Shown here piece after piece: positions 27,206 through 37,295 of a stretch of 64,000 nucleotides of DNA. The DNA is from an uncultured Brevifollis sp. (GTDB lineage Bacteria > Verrucomicrobiota > Verrucomicrobiia > Verrucomicrobiales > Verrucomicrobiaceae). Position numbers and translations under genes: made by a program. Below the pieces are notes generated by a model. The model was not told where the DNA came from and did not search any database. It saw only the letters and a list, made by a program, of their open reading frames with translations. Within the stretch, counting starts at the first letter, position 1. Every line of letters begins with the position of its first letter. Location of the stretch: NCBI GenBank assembly GCA_964421275.1, contig CAYQWE010000013.1, positions 24,672-88,671 on the forward strand. The letters are read 5' to 3'.

Positions 27206-29464
27206 ATGTCTCTCCGCTCTCTCCCCGCCTTTCCTCGCCCTTCTGGAACACAAGCGTTGACGGTCACCTCTCTCATGTGCCTTGCGGGTGGTGCCTCAGC
27301 CCAAACGGCAGCCAAACCAGGGGCGAAAAAAGAGGAGGCTCCCAAGGAAATGCCCGAAATCGTGGTGGAGGCTGAGGGCTCTGTTTACAATCCCACCCGG
27401 CTCATCAACAACAAATACACCGAGCCGCTGCGGGACATCCCGCAGACCATCACGGTCATCCCAAAACAATTGATCGAGGACCGCGGTGCCTTCAGCATGC
27501 GTGACATCCTGCGCAACACGCCGGGCATCTCCATGCAAGCCGGGGAGGGCGGTGGTGGCATGCCGGGTGACTCAATCAGCATCCGGGGCTTCTCAGCGCG
27601 CACCGCCATGTTCATGGACGGCATGCGTGATTACGGTGCCTACAACCGTGATCCCTTCAACACAGAACAGGTCGAGGTGGTCAAGGGGCCCTCCGCGGCC
27701 AACTCTGGCCGCGGTGCTACTGGCGGTTCGATCAACACAGCCACCAAGATGGCGGGCTTGCAGTCGTCAAATCTGAGCACCTTCTCCTACGGGACGAGCA
27801 ATCTCTATCGCGGCACCGTTGATGTGAACCAAAAACTCAGCGAGCACAGCGCTTTCCGCCTCAATGGCATGTATCATCATTCAGACACCCCTGGGCGTGG
27901 CGGTGCGGGCAATGGTCTTGACGAGGTTTTCCAGGACCGCTGGGGTGTGGCAGCCTCCTTGGCCTTTGGTCTGGGCACAGACACACGTCTCTTCATCAAC
28001 TACCAGCACCAGAGTGAAAACAACCTGCCGGACTACGGCATCCCTTGGGTACCGACAAATGGAACGGTTCCTTTTGGCGGAGCGGGCGCTTCATTGAACG
28101 GCTACCTCAACCAGGCTCCGCCGATCAGCTTTAACAGCTACTTCGGCGATCCCCGCGTTGACTATGAAAAAGTTCAGAACGACAACATCAGTGCCATCCT
28201 GGAGCATGATTTTTCCAGCAAGGTGAAGCTGCGCAACATCTTCCGCTACTCGCGCACCTACCGTGACTCCAACTACACCGCTCCGCGGTTTTTTGACACC
28301 AATCCCGGCGCTCCCATCGCCTACACCAGCGTGATCCGCCGCGAAGGCCAGCAGCGCAGGCAGACCTATGAGGCGGTCGCAAATCAGACGAACCTCAATG
28401 TTGAGTTTGAAACCGGGGCGCTCAAGCATGCTCTAGTCACCGGGCTCGAGCTGGCCTGGGAGCGCCAGTTGAACACCAACGGTCGGACGACCGCTACATC
28501 CTTCACGGATGTGTTTGACCCAGGTCAGTACAACGCCCCGTTCTCGCCGCTGGCACCTATGCCGGGGGATGCGGAGTCTCATCTGGACACCATTGCGCTC
28601 TACCTCTTCGACACGGTAAAGGTCGGCAAGCACCTAGAGATCAACGCAGGCTTGCGCTATGACCATCTTGAGGCCGAATCGCGTGGAGCCGGCGGCACGC
28701 AGGGCTTCTCCAACACGGACGACCTCTTCAGCTACAAGGCGGGCTTGATTTACAAGCCTGTCGAACGCGGCAGCATCTACTTCGGTTATGGCACCTCGTT
28801 CAACCCCACCATCGACGGCAGCGCCTCCACCGGCCTGGGCTTGGCGGCGGCCAACGCGGGCCTCAACCCGGAAAAGACCACAACCTACGAATTGGGAACG
28901 AAATGGGATTTGCTGGATGAGCGCCTTTCTTTGAGCTTCGCTTTGTTCCGCATGGAGAAAACCAATGCCCGCACCACCAACGCCGGCGTCACCTCACTGG
29001 CTGGGGACCAGACGGTCGAAGGCATTGAATTCGGCATCTCTGGCAGCATCACGAAGCAATGGCAGATCTTCGCAGGCTACACCGCCATGCAAAGCCAGAC
29101 CAAGGCATCCTCGGTGGCGGCGCAACTCGGGCAGCCTCTGGGCAATGTACCGGAAAACTCCGGCAACCTCTGGACCACCTACTCCTTCTTGGAGAACAAG
29201 CTCCAGTTTGGCGTGGGTGTCCAGTATGTGGGCGACATCCTTGGTGCGGGGGAAAACAGCTCTGGTGCCAATGGCGGTCACATCGCGCCTGAGTATTGGA
29301 CGGCGGACGCCATGGTGAGTTACAAGTTCAACGAGAAATTCAGCCTGCGCTTCAACATCTACAACTTCACCAATGCGCGGTACATCGACCGCATCAGCGG
29401 CACAGGCCACTTCGTCCCAGGAGCCGGACGTTACGCTGCACTGACCGCCAGTGTGAAATTCTGA
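27206..29464 (+). CDS. TonB-dependent siderophore receptor
   Basis: A signal peptide is present. The plug region reads TVIPKQLIEDRGAFSMRDILRNTPGI...IRGF...VEVVKGPSA. The C-terminal beta-barrel ends in ...ALTASVKF (terminal Phe). Confidence 0.9.
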   Translation: MSLRSLPAFPRPSGTQALTVTSLMCLAGGASAQTAAKPGAKKEEAPKEMPEIVVEAEGSVYNPTRLINNKYTEPLRDIPQTITVIPKQLIEDRGAFSMRDILRNTPGISMQAGEGGGGMPGDSISIRGFSARTAMFMDGMRDYGAYNRDPFNTEQVEVVKGPSAANSGRGATGGSINTATKMAGLQSSNLSTFSYGTSNLYRGTVDVNQKLSEHSAFRLNGMYHHSDTPGRGGAGNGLDEVFQDRWGVAASLAFGLGTDTRLFINYQHQSENNLPDYGIPWVPTNGTVPFGGAGASLNGYLNQAPPISFNSYFGDPRVDYEKVQNDNISAILEHDFSSKVKLRNIFRYSRTYRDSNYTAPRFFDTNPGAPIAYTSVIRREGQQRRQTYEAVANQTNLNVEFETGALKHALVTGLELAWERQLNTNGRTTATSFTDVFDPGQYNAPFSPLAPMPGDAESHLDTIALYLFDTVKVGKHLEINAGLRYDHLEAESRGAGGTQGFSNTDDLFSYKAGLIYKPVERGSIYFGYGTSFNPTIDGSASTGLGLAAANAGLNPEKTTTYELGTKWDLLDERLSLSFALFRMEKTNARTTNAGVTSLAGDQTVEGIEFGISGSITKQWQIFAGYTAMQSQTKASSVAAQLGQPLGNVPENSGNLWTTYSFLENKLQFGVGVQYVGDILGAGENSSGANGGHIAPEYWTADAMVSYKFNEKFSLRFNIYNFTNARYIDRISGTGHFVPGAGRYAALTASVKF

Positions 29465-29555
29465 TTCATTGGGAAGCACTCAGGCACCCACCATGTCTGA
29501 AAAGCTCTATGGCCCGCTCTCGCTGTCCTCGCATTAACCACCTCTGCATCCCCCC

Positions 29556-30248
29556 ATGCTCATCACCATCCCAGACGTGCTCACGCCAGACCAGGTCGCC
29601 CATGCGCGCAAGCTGCTCGATGCCGCCGAGTGGATCGACGGCAAGGCCACCGCAGGCTATCAATCTGCCAAGGCCAAGGACAACATGCAGCTTCCCGAGG
29701 GCAGCCCAGCCGCCAAGGAGATCGGCGAGATGATCCTCGCCGCGCTCTCTCAAAACCCGCTCTTTCTCGCCGCTGCGCTGCCGGCGCGCATCTATCCTCC
29801 GATGTTTAACCGCTACTCCGGCGGCCAGTCCTTCGGCACGCATGTTGACAATGCCATTCGACAGTTTCCAAACGCTCCTGTGCGCATCCGCACCGATTTG
29901 AGCGCCACGCTCTTCTTCGCCGGACCAGAGGAGTATGATGGCGGCGAGCTCTGCGTCGAGGACACTTACGGCGTGAAAAGTGTGAAGCTCCCGCCCGGCC
30001 ACATGGTGCTCTATCCCTCCACCAGCCTGCATCATGTCACCCCGGTGACGCGCGGCGCACGCATCTGCTCTTTCTTCTGGATGCAGAGCATGATCCGTGA
30101 TGATGGCCACCGCTCGCTGCTCTTCGATCTCGATCTTGCCATCCAGCGCCTTGGTCATGAGCTTGCAGGTAACCTGATCGCAGAAAAAACGGCGGTGCAG
30201 CTCACGGGCGTGTATCACAACCTGCTGCGTCAGTGGGCTGAAATGTGA
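29556..30248 (+). CDS. piuC: Fe(II)/2-oxoglutarate-dependent oxygenase, PiuC / PKHD-type hydroxylase
   Basis: The N-terminus reads [29 protein letters not shown] is the HxD motif, and [18 protein letters not shown] carries the distal His and Arg. The product is 230 aa, the typical PiuC/YbiX length. Confidence 0.85.
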   Translation: MLITIPDVLTPDQVAHARKLLDAAEWIDGKATAGYQSAKAKDNMQLPEGSPAAKEIGEMILAALSQNPLFLAAALPARIYPPMFNRYSGGQSFGTHVDNAIRQFPNAPVRIRTDLSATLFFAGPEEYDGGELCVEDTYGVKSVKLPPGHMVLYPSTSLHHVTPVTRGARICSFFWMQSMIRDDGHRSLLFDLDLAIQRLGHELAGNLIAEKTAVQLTGVYHNLLRQWAEM

Positions 30249-30258
30249 TCTACCGCCC

Positions 30259-31371
30259 ATGCATCCCACCTTCCACCGCATCATCTTTTGGATGCATCTG
30301 ATCACGGGACTCGTGGCCGGTTTGGTTATCTTTTCCATGGCGGTCAGCGGCTTGTGCATCGCCTACGAGCGCCAGATCACTGAATGGGCCGACAGCTCAT
30401 TCAAAGCCAGTCGGCCTGGCTCTTCTCGGCTCCCCATGCAGCAGTTACTCGCCCGAGTTCAAGAGGCAAAGCCCGACGTCTCGCCTCAAGGCATCACCTG
30501 GAAGGCCGATTCTTCCGCGCCGGTGCTCTTCAACTTCGGTCGCGAGTCCATCCTCTACGTCGATCCGCACACCGGCACCGTGCTGGGTGAGGGAGATAAG
30601 ACATGGCGCACCTTTTTCCACTGGATGACTGACTGGCATCGCTTTCTCGGCCAGCACGACGCTATGCGACCCTTCGGAAAAGCCATCACTGGTGCTGGGG
30701 CATTGCTCTTCGGTGGCCTGCTTGTCAGCGGCATTTATTTGTGGTGGCCACGCCATTGGAAAGCCGCGAATCTCCGCGCCGCATTCCTCTTCAATGCGAA
30801 ATTACGAGGCCGTGCGCGTGATTGGAACTGGCACAACGTCATTGGCTTCTGGAGCTCGTTCCCGATGCTTCTCATCATCATCACCGGGCTCGTCATGTCT
30901 TACGCCTGGGCGAACAATCTTCTCTTCACCCTCACTGGCAGCCCTGTTCCTCCGGCGCGCGAGGGGCCCGGTCGCCCAGGTGGCAAACAGGGAGCTACGC
31001 CGACTCCCATTCCATTGGAAAACCTCGACGCGCTTGTGCAGAAAGCAGAGCAGCAGGAGCCACGCTGGCAAACCATCGCCATGCGCATGAGCGGACCCAA
31101 CGCTGCCTTCATGATCGACCAGAGCCATCGCGGTCGCCCTGACCTGCGCACCATGCTCAATCTCGATCCACGCACCGCCGCTGTGGTCAGCGTGGAGCCT
31201 TTCTCCAGCAACAGCCTCGGTCGCAGGCTGCGCATGTACGCGCGCTTCTTACACACCGGCGAGCTTTTCGGTATCGCAGGCCAGACGGTGGCCGCGCTAT
31301 GCGCATTGAGCGCGGCTCTCCTCGTGTGGACCGGCTTCGCGCTCGCCTGGAGGCGTTTTTTCAAAGCCTGA
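30259..31371 (+). CDS. PepSY-associated transmembrane protein (PiuB-like)
   Basis: The N-terminal FHRIIFWMHLITGLVAGLVIF helix, the internal WHRFLG and ARFLHTGELFG motifs, and four predicted TM segments are typical of PepSY_TM proteins, as is the iron-operon context. Confidence 0.8.
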   Translation: MHPTFHRIIFWMHLITGLVAGLVIFSMAVSGLCIAYERQITEWADSSFKASRPGSSRLPMQQLLARVQEAKPDVSPQGITWKADSSAPVLFNFGRESILYVDPHTGTVLGEGDKTWRTFFHWMTDWHRFLGQHDAMRPFGKAITGAGALLFGGLLVSGIYLWWPRHWKAANLRAAFLFNAKLRGRARDWNWHNVIGFWSSFPMLLIIITGLVMSYAWANNLLFTLTGSPVPPAREGPGRPGGKQGATPTPIPLENLDALVQKAEQQEPRWQTIAMRMSGPNAAFMIDQSHRGRPDLRTMLNLDPRTAAVVSVEPFSSNSLGRRLRMYARFLHTGELFGIAGQTVAALCALSAALLVWTGFALAWRRFFKA

Positions 31372-31413
31372 ATTCTCCACCGCATTAGCACAGCCCGCAC
31401 CTGCCTCTCAGCC

Positions 31414-31578
31414 ATGCAGACATCCGCTTCCTTCCCAACTTCCATTTTCGGCTCCCTCCTCGCTCTTGGAGCCCTGCTTTTCCTGGCCATTGTCTCCCAC
31501 GCACATCTCCAAAAGGCCGACCAGTCAACCTCCCGGCAGCAGGGCAGCTCGCACATAGGCAGTATTCTGAAATTTTGA
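31414..31578 (+). CDS. possible 54-aa single-TM small protein (below the ORF-track size cutoff)
   Basis: Hand translation gives MQTSASFPTSIFGSLLALGALLFLAIVSHAHLQKADQSTSRQQGSSHIGSILKF. It lies 43 nt after the PepSY gene on the same strand. A weak hairpin plus T5 follows at 31625-31645. Confidence 0.3.
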   Translation: MQTSASFPTSIFGSLLALGALLFLAIVSHAHLQKADQSTSRQQGSSHIGSILKF

Positions 31579-31666
31579 TCCTGAGGTCGGATCGCCTCCC
31601 TGCGGGGTGCGGATCGTGGTGTTCCGCCTCCGCAGGCGAGTTTTTCCATCGGTGCCTTGGCACCTA

Positions 31667-32341
31667 CTAGACCACGAGCTCGCACGATCTCACACTCGCC
31701 CCCTCCAACGTCGCCAGCCACTTCACCCGCCAGCCAGCAATCTCAGTGGCATATTCCCGCCCGGTGTCGTCGTGATAAGCTGGCTGTGGCTGTTGGGCCA
31801 GGGATTGGCTGATGATGACACGCACTTCATCTGGCACGGTACTTTCGCATTCCCATATCACCGGCACAGGAACGGGCGCTGCATCGGCAAAACCGCATCG
31901 GGAGTCTGGAATGGAGTCTGCGTAGCGCACATACGGTTTGATGTCGAAGACCGGGGTGCCATCGACTAGATCAACCCCGGAGACAAATATGCGTGGAGCC
32001 TTCTCCCCCTCATGTTCGACATGATCGAGTTTGACCACACTCAAAGTGAGCCTGTTTGGCCGGAACGGCGACCGGGTGGCAAAAACCCCGCGTTTGATAT
32101 TTCCGCCAAGTCTCGGCGGACGCACGATGAGGGACGTTGGTTCCGCCTCGACGAGGTGAAACAGCGTGACAAGCCACAGATGACTGAACTCCTCGATCCC
32201 TCTCACCGCCTCGACGCGCCGGTACGCTGGCTCGAATTCGATGATTCCCCACGCGCTCGGCACAAGGCCCGATTGACGCGGCACACCGAACTTGTCGGTA
32301 TAACAGGTGCGCAGCGTAGCGATGACGTTCAGTGAGTGCAT
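31667..32341 (-). CDS. trmO: tRNA (N6-threonylcarbamoyladenosine(37)-N6)-methyltransferase TrmO (TsaA/YaeB family)
   Basis: Start taken at MHSLNVIATLRTCYTDKFGVPRQSGL (32341). The motifs FSHLWLVTLFH, RSPFRPNRLTLSVVKL, DLVDGTPVFDIKPY are present, and the product has a C-terminal extension. Confidence 0.85.
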   Translation of the reverse strand: MHSLNVIATLRTCYTDKFGVPRQSGLVPSAWGIIEFEPAYRRVEAVRGIEEFSHLWLVTLFHLVEAEPTSLIVRPPRLGGNIKRGVFATRSPFRPNRLTLSVVKLDHVEHEGEKAPRIFVSGVDLVDGTPVFDIKPYVRYADSIPDSRCGFADAAPVPVPVIWECESTVPDEVRVIISQSLAQQPQPAYHDDTGREYATEIAGWRVKWLATLEGASVRSCELVV

Positions 32342-32485
32342 TCTGCAAGTAACGCCAAGGGCTGAAGGCGACAAGGCCAGATGGGTTGCGGCAGACAGTT
32401 TGCGTGATCAGCCGCAGGAAAGAGACGCATGTCACGAAGCCGCGCCCGCGAAACGGTCTCTCTACAGATGAATATTGATGCTGGA

Positions 32486-33016
32486 TCAATCACCTTGGAG
32501 TGCAAGTTCCTTGCTCGTCTCGGTGCCCGTGAATCGGAGCTCGAGTTTGCGGACATCGTTCCGCAGATGCAAGAGATTGACCTGATCCTTGAAAAGATCA
32601 TGAAACAGCACATGCCGCAGCCTCGCTCCATTGAGACCTCGAGGCAGCGCGATTTCAAAGAACAACGTTGCGGTCGGGTCGCCTCCCTTCGCACTGGCGG
32701 CATCCGCTTCGCGTCCCACCCACTCGATCTTGGCGTCCTTGCCTGTTTCATCGCTCACCACGAAGGTTTTGGCGAGGTAGGTTTGAATTTGCACATCGAG
32801 TTCTGCGGCGGGTGTTTTGTCGATGCGTATCTCACGTTCGCTCTGCCGGATCAGCGCCAGCTCCAGGTCGTTGATGAACACCGTGAGGCTCACTTCCAGC
32901 TTTTTCGTCTCCGCATTCCATTCCGCCTCCGCCGTGGACTGATGCAGCGAGTGCGCGTGCAGGCACGGCACGAGCAGAAAGGCGGCGAGGGCCGTGATGA
33001 GGCTGCTATTTCTCAT
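32486..33016 (-). CDS. small secreted protein (DUF6702-like by recollection), overlapping the 3' end of the M1 peptidase gene by 11 nt
   Basis: A signal peptide (MRNSSLITALAAFLLVPCLHA) is followed by HSLHQSTAEAEWNAETKKLEVSLTV. Pairing with an M1 peptidase is what I recall for DUF6702. This was not verified. Confidence 0.55.
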   Translation of the reverse strand: MRNSSLITALAAFLLVPCLHAHSLHQSTAEAEWNAETKKLEVSLTVFINDLELALIRQSEREIRIDKTPAAELDVQIQTYLAKTFVVSDETGKDAKIEWVGREADAASAKGGDPTATLFFEIALPRGLNGARLRHVLFHDLFKDQVNLLHLRNDVRKLELRFTGTETSKELALQGD

Positions 33017-35384
33017 CCGCCTTCTTTTCCTCGTCCTTCTTCTCCTGCTTTGTCATCTCGCGCATCGGGTTCGGAGCCTTGTCGTCCTTGAAAAGCTGGA
33101 ATTTGCTCTTCACGGGGCGGCGTGGCCAGAAGTTGTTTTCCACGTCGGTGTCCACGAGTTCCTGCCGCGGATCGAAGGTTACTGCTTTCAGCTCCTTTTT
33201 CGTGAACAGCAGCTTTGACGTTTTCTCCGTGTTGAAGCGCCAGATTTCAGCCGGCAGCCGCATCTCCTCCGTGCTGCCGTCGGTGTACTCGATCTTCAAA
33301 ATCACCGGCGTCACGAGTCCGCCAGCGTTGCGAAGCTCGATGGCGTAAAAGTTGTGCTTCGTCTGGAGCAGCTTCGGATCTATCTTCTCCTCGTTGAGTT
33401 CTTTGATGAGCGATTCGAACTTCTTCTTCTCACTCGGTAGCACAGTCGTCTCGTCAAAGCTGTCGTAGAAGTCCTTCAGCTCAGGGAAGCGGTCCACGCG
33501 CTTCGAGAGCGGGTAGTTGCGCTCGCGCGTGGTGGTTTTCGGAAGCTCGTCCTCCTGCTGCTTCTTTTTCTTCTTCTCGATGGCAGGATCGCGGGAGTCG
33601 AGCTGTAGCCATTTCACCTCCTCCACGGCCACATCGACATGATCGGTGCTGAAGAACCAGCCGCGCCAGAACCAGTCGAGATCGACTCCGCTCGCGTCCT
33701 CCATCGTGCGGAAGAAGTCGCTCGGCGTCGGTCTCTTAAACATCCAGCGCCGCGCATAGTTCTTGAACGCGTGATCGAAAAGCTCGCGACCGAGAATGTG
33801 CTCGCGCAAAATGTTCAGCGCCACCGTCGGCTGGCCGTAGGCATTCGGGCCGAGGTCGGCGATGGATTCTGAGTTGGTCATCACCGGCACGCGATCCGTG
33901 CTGCGCATGTAATCCACCATGCCGCGCTCGTTGCGCCGGTGCTTCCAGTCGTTCTCCCATTCCTCCTCCGTGAGGTATTCGACAAAGGAATTCAGCCCCT
34001 CGTCCATCCACGTCCACTGCCGCTCGTCGCTGTTCACGATCATCGGGAAGTAGTTGTGCCCGACTTCATGAATGACGACGCCGATCAGCGCATACTTCGT
34101 GCGCTCGGGATAGGTGCCGTCTTTTTCCGGGCGTGGGCCGTTGAAGCTGATCATCGGGTATTCCATGCCGCCGACAGGCCCGTTCACCGACCACGCGACG
34201 GGATACGGATACGCAAACGTGTAACGCGAATAGGTCTGGATCGTGTGCGCGATGGCATGTGTCGAATACTTCTCCCACAGCGGCATGCCTTCCTTCGGAA
34301 ACATTGACATCGCCATCACCGGCGGGCGGTACATGCGATCCACGATACCGCCGACGCGCTCCGGTGTCGGCGGATGCGTCGCGCCTTCCACCGCCATCGC
34401 GTCCCAGATAAATTTCCGCGATGATGCGAAGGCGAAATCACGCACATTGTCCGCTTTGAACACCCAGGTCTTCTTTCCCTTCGGTTTGCCCTTCTCTGCT
34501 GCCTTCGCCTCGTCGGGTGTGACGATGAAAACCGGCTTCTTCGTCTCGCCTTGCGCCTTTTTGAGCCGGTCACGTTGCGTCTGCGTCAAATCCTCTTCCG
34601 CATTCTGCAACGCGCCCGTCGCGGCCACGAGATGATCGTCCGGCACGGTGAGGCGCACGTTGTAGTTGCCGAATTCGAGCGTGAACTCGCCCGTGCCGAG
34701 GAACTGCTTGTTGATCCATCCCGCGTAGTCCGTGTAGGCCGCCATGCGCGGGAACCACTGCGCTATGGTGTAGATGCAGTTCTTGTCCTCCTCAAAATAT
34801 TCGTAGCCGGTGCGCGCGTTGAAATGCTTGCAGTCGTTGATCGGATAGCTCCACGCGATCTTGAACACAAAGTCCGCGCCAGCGGTCAGCGGCTCCGTCA
34901 AATCGATGCGCAGCATCGTTTTCACCACGCTGTGCGGCAGCTTATTGCCCTGCGCGTCGCTCAGCTTGCCGATTTTCATCTCGCCATCGTAGCTCTCGTA
35001 AGTCAGCAGCCGGTCCAGCGCTGTGTAGGTGATCTTGTCAGGATCGATGCCACGTTTCACGTTCGGAACGAGCCGAGAATCCGCGTTGTGCGACATGTAA
35101 TTCTGATCGAGCTGCACCCACAGGTAGTTCAGCGCATCTGGTGACGCATTGTGATACGTCACCGTCGCCTCCGCCGTGATCGTCCGCTTCACATCGTCCA
35201 GTTCCACGCTGATGTCGTAATCCGCCCGGTTTTGCCAGTAATCCTTTCCTGGGGCTCCCGACGCGATGCGTTGCGGTGAAGGCGAGGGCACCGGTGAATC
35301 GAGTTGCTGGAACTTGCCCACCGGCGCGCCGGACTCTGCGGCGGCAATCATGACAGGGAAAAGCAGAGGAAAAAGGAACTTCAT
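33006..35384 (-). CDS. M1-family zinc metallopeptidase
   Basis: A signal peptide is present. VGGMEYPMISF is a GxMEN-variant motif. The zinc site is HEVGHNYF ... WMDEGLNSF (HExxH-X18-E). The product is 792 aa with a Lys/Glu-rich tail. Confidence 0.88.
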   Translation of the reverse strand: MKFLFPLLFPVMIAAAESGAPVGKFQQLDSPVPSPSPQRIASGAPGKDYWQNRADYDISVELDDVKRTITAEATVTYHNASPDALNYLWVQLDQNYMSHNADSRLVPNVKRGIDPDKITYTALDRLLTYESYDGEMKIGKLSDAQGNKLPHSVVKTMLRIDLTEPLTAGADFVFKIAWSYPINDCKHFNARTGYEYFEEDKNCIYTIAQWFPRMAAYTDYAGWINKQFLGTGEFTLEFGNYNVRLTVPDDHLVAATGALQNAEEDLTQTQRDRLKKAQGETKKPVFIVTPDEAKAAEKGKPKGKKTWVFKADNVRDFAFASSRKFIWDAMAVEGATHPPTPERVGGIVDRMYRPPVMAMSMFPKEGMPLWEKYSTHAIAHTIQTYSRYTFAYPYPVAWSVNGPVGGMEYPMISFNGPRPEKDGTYPERTKYALIGVVIHEVGHNYFPMIVNSDERQWTWMDEGLNSFVEYLTEEEWENDWKHRRNERGMVDYMRSTDRVPVMTNSESIADLGPNAYGQPTVALNILREHILGRELFDHAFKNYARRWMFKRPTPSDFFRTMEDASGVDLDWFWRGWFFSTDHVDVAVEEVKWLQLDSRDPAIEKKKKKQQEDELPKTTTRERNYPLSKRVDRFPELKDFYDSFDETTVLPSEKKKFESLIKELNEEKIDPKLLQTKHNFYAIELRNAGGLVTPVILKIEYTDGSTEEMRLPAEIWRFNTEKTSKLLFTKKELKAVTFDPRQELVDTDVENNFWPRRPVKSKFQLFKDDKAPNPMREMTKQEKKDEEKKADEK

Positions 35385-35464
35385 AAGTTTGATTCTCCAA
35401 AAGGAGGCGAAGAAGGCAAGCGCGGTGTCAACAGAACCCTCTTGCCAGCCTCCGCGCGTTCTGA

Positions 35465-36487
35465 TTGCATCGGCGCATGAATCCTCCGCACGACTCGCTT
35501 TCCCGCCGGGATGCTCTGAAGGCCACCATTGCCTCCATCGGACTCAGTTCACTCGCGTTTGAGCCTGCTAAAGCCGTCCAATCTGTGGCTTCGGATGCCC
35601 GTCGCGGCTCGACAAAAAAATATGACATGCTCAAGTCGATCAACTTGTGGGCGTTTCCATATCCAGAGCGCATGACGCTGCGCGAGTGTATGCAGCTCGC
35701 GAAGGACGCCGGATTCGACGGCATCGAGCTGAACTACGATCTCGACAACGACCTCTCACCGAAACACGGCACCGCCGACTATGTCAAAATCCGCAAGATG
35801 GCCGGCGAGATCGGCATCCAGATCAGCGGACTGTGCTCCTTCCTGTTCTGGCCGTATCCGCTGACGAGCAATGATCCGACGAAGCGTGCGCAAGGCATCG
35901 AACTGGCCGGAAAGATCGCGCAATGCGCGCATGATCTCGGCGTGGAGAATGTGCTCGTCGTGCCGGGCGCGGTGCATATCCCGTGGCGCACGGATCATGA
36001 GCCGGTCGCCAATGATGTGTGCGATTTGCGTGCCCGCGAAGCCGTGGGGCGGCTCGCGAAGCAGGCGGAGAAACTCAAAGTCTGCCTCAACATCGAAAAC
36101 ATCTTCTTCAACGGCTACCTCATGACGCCGATGGAGATGAACGCCTTCGTGGACAGCTTTGGCAGCGAGCATGTGCGCGTGCATTTCGATACCGGCAACA
36201 TCAGCATGTTCCAGTTCCCCGAGCACTGGGCCAAGGTGCTCGGCAACCGCACGAAGAACGTCCACCTGAAGGAGTTCACGAAAAAAGGCACCGACTTCAG
36301 CCTCGAAACCTTCCGACCGCTGCTCGATGGCACCACGAACTGGCCCGCCGTCACCGACGCCCTCGCCGAGACCGGCTACAAAGGCTTTCTCACCTTCGAA
36401 TACTTCCATCCGTATGCCCATTACCCCGAGGCGCTCATCTGGCAGACCTCCGACTCGATGGATCGGATTTTGGGAAGGAAGAGCTGA
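35465..36487 (+). CDS. Tat-exported sugar phosphate isomerase/epimerase (xylose isomerase-like TIM barrel)
   Basis: A twin-arginine leader (SLSRRDALKATIASIGLSSLA) is present. AP-endonuclease-2/TIM-barrel blocks include GFDGIELNY, LNIENIFFNG, HFDTGN and LTFEYF. Confidence 0.8.
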   Translation: MHRRMNPPHDSLSRRDALKATIASIGLSSLAFEPAKAVQSVASDARRGSTKKYDMLKSINLWAFPYPERMTLRECMQLAKDAGFDGIELNYDLDNDLSPKHGTADYVKIRKMAGEIGIQISGLCSFLFWPYPLTSNDPTKRAQGIELAGKIAQCAHDLGVENVLVVPGAVHIPWRTDHEPVANDVCDLRAREAVGRLAKQAEKLKVCLNIENIFFNGYLMTPMEMNAFVDSFGSEHVRVHFDTGNISMFQFPEHWAKVLGNRTKNVHLKEFTKKGTDFSLETFRPLLDGTTNWPAVTDALAETGYKGFLTFEYFHPYAHYPEALIWQTSDSMDRILGRKS

Positions 36488-36489
36488 CC

Positions 36490-36990
36490 ATGCCAATCAA
36501 AGACCATCTCAAGCTTGCCTTGATTGCTGTTGGGGTTCCCGTGGCAATTTTATCAGTCGTGTTTTGGGCAACCCCTATACCAAACCAACCGAAGGAAAAT
36601 TTTCCAACAGAGGAGTTTGTGCCAAAAACCATCGAAACAAGGCGGGGAAGCGAACGAAAAGGCGCTGACTACTTCGAACTTTGGCTGACCAGCCCATCGG
36701 ACAAATCATTCTTTTTTCGCGATCCAGAGTCCCCTCCAGTCGATCTTCTGCGAGAGCAGATTCCGGCTACCAAAAAGTTGAGAGTGTGGTTCTGGCCTTC
36801 ACATGAAGGAAATGTACTGCTCGAAATCGTCCGGGCTGACAATGAGGAAGTCATCTTGTCGTTCGAGGAACGCATGGAGTCGTTCAGCTCCCGGTGGCGA
36901 GTGGTCAGCGTGATCGCGGGCGTGTGGTTTGTCATCTTCGCCGGAATTTGGTTTGCCATGAGCCGGGTGAAGATACCTTCGTCTTCATGA
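36490..36990 (+). CDS. hypothetical membrane protein
   Basis: The ATG at 36490 is in frame with ORF 36019..36990 and lies 2 nt after the preceding stop. It has an N-terminal TM helix (LKLALIAVGVPVAILSVVFWA) and a C-terminal TM helix (VVSVIAGVWFVIFAGIWFAM). Confidence 0.6.
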   Translation: MPIKDHLKLALIAVGVPVAILSVVFWATPIPNQPKENFPTEEFVPKTIETRRGSERKGADYFELWLTSPSDKSFFFRDPESPPVDLLREQIPATKKLRVWFWPSHEGNVLLEIVRADNEEVILSFEERMESFSSRWRVVSVIAGVWFVIFAGIWFAMSRVKIPSSS

Positions 36991-37295
36991 GAGAACTCCT
37001 CACCAGCCTGGATTGGACGCGGCTCGGCTTTTACAAGTCGGTGCTCGATGAAGCTGGCATCGCCAGCTTCATCCGCAACGAGCACACCGCGCAGCTCATC
37101 AATGTGCTCATCGCGCCATGCCAGCCTTCGCTCTGCGTGGTGAATGATGACGAATACGACGCGGCGATGGCCCTGCTGCGGCCCCATCATCATCAAACGC
37201 CTGCCAGCATCGAGGAATGGACCTGCGCTGGCTGCGGTGAGGTGAATCCGGCGGAGTTTGAGCTGTGTTGGAAGTGCCAGAAGCCGCGGCTTTGA
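36987..37295 (+). CDS. small DUF2007-like protein with C-terminal CxxC...CxxC zinc ribbon
   Basis: The ATG at 36987 overlaps the upstream stop (ATGA). The sequence reads MRELLTSLDWTRLGFYKSVLDEAGIASFIRNEH... and ends in WTCAGCGEVNPAEFELCWKCQKPR. Confidence 0.6.
   Translation: MRELLTSLDWTRLGFYKSVLDEAGIASFIRNEHTAQLINVLIAPCQPSLCVVNDDEYDAAMALLRPHHHQTPASIEEWTCAGCGEVNPAEFELCWKCQKPRL

Noticed and set aside
29489-29533. A 14-codon ORF (MSEKLYGPLSLSSH) between the TonB receptor gene and piuC.
   Set aside because: It is too short, has no supporting signal, and is plausibly a chance ORF in a 91-nt spacer.
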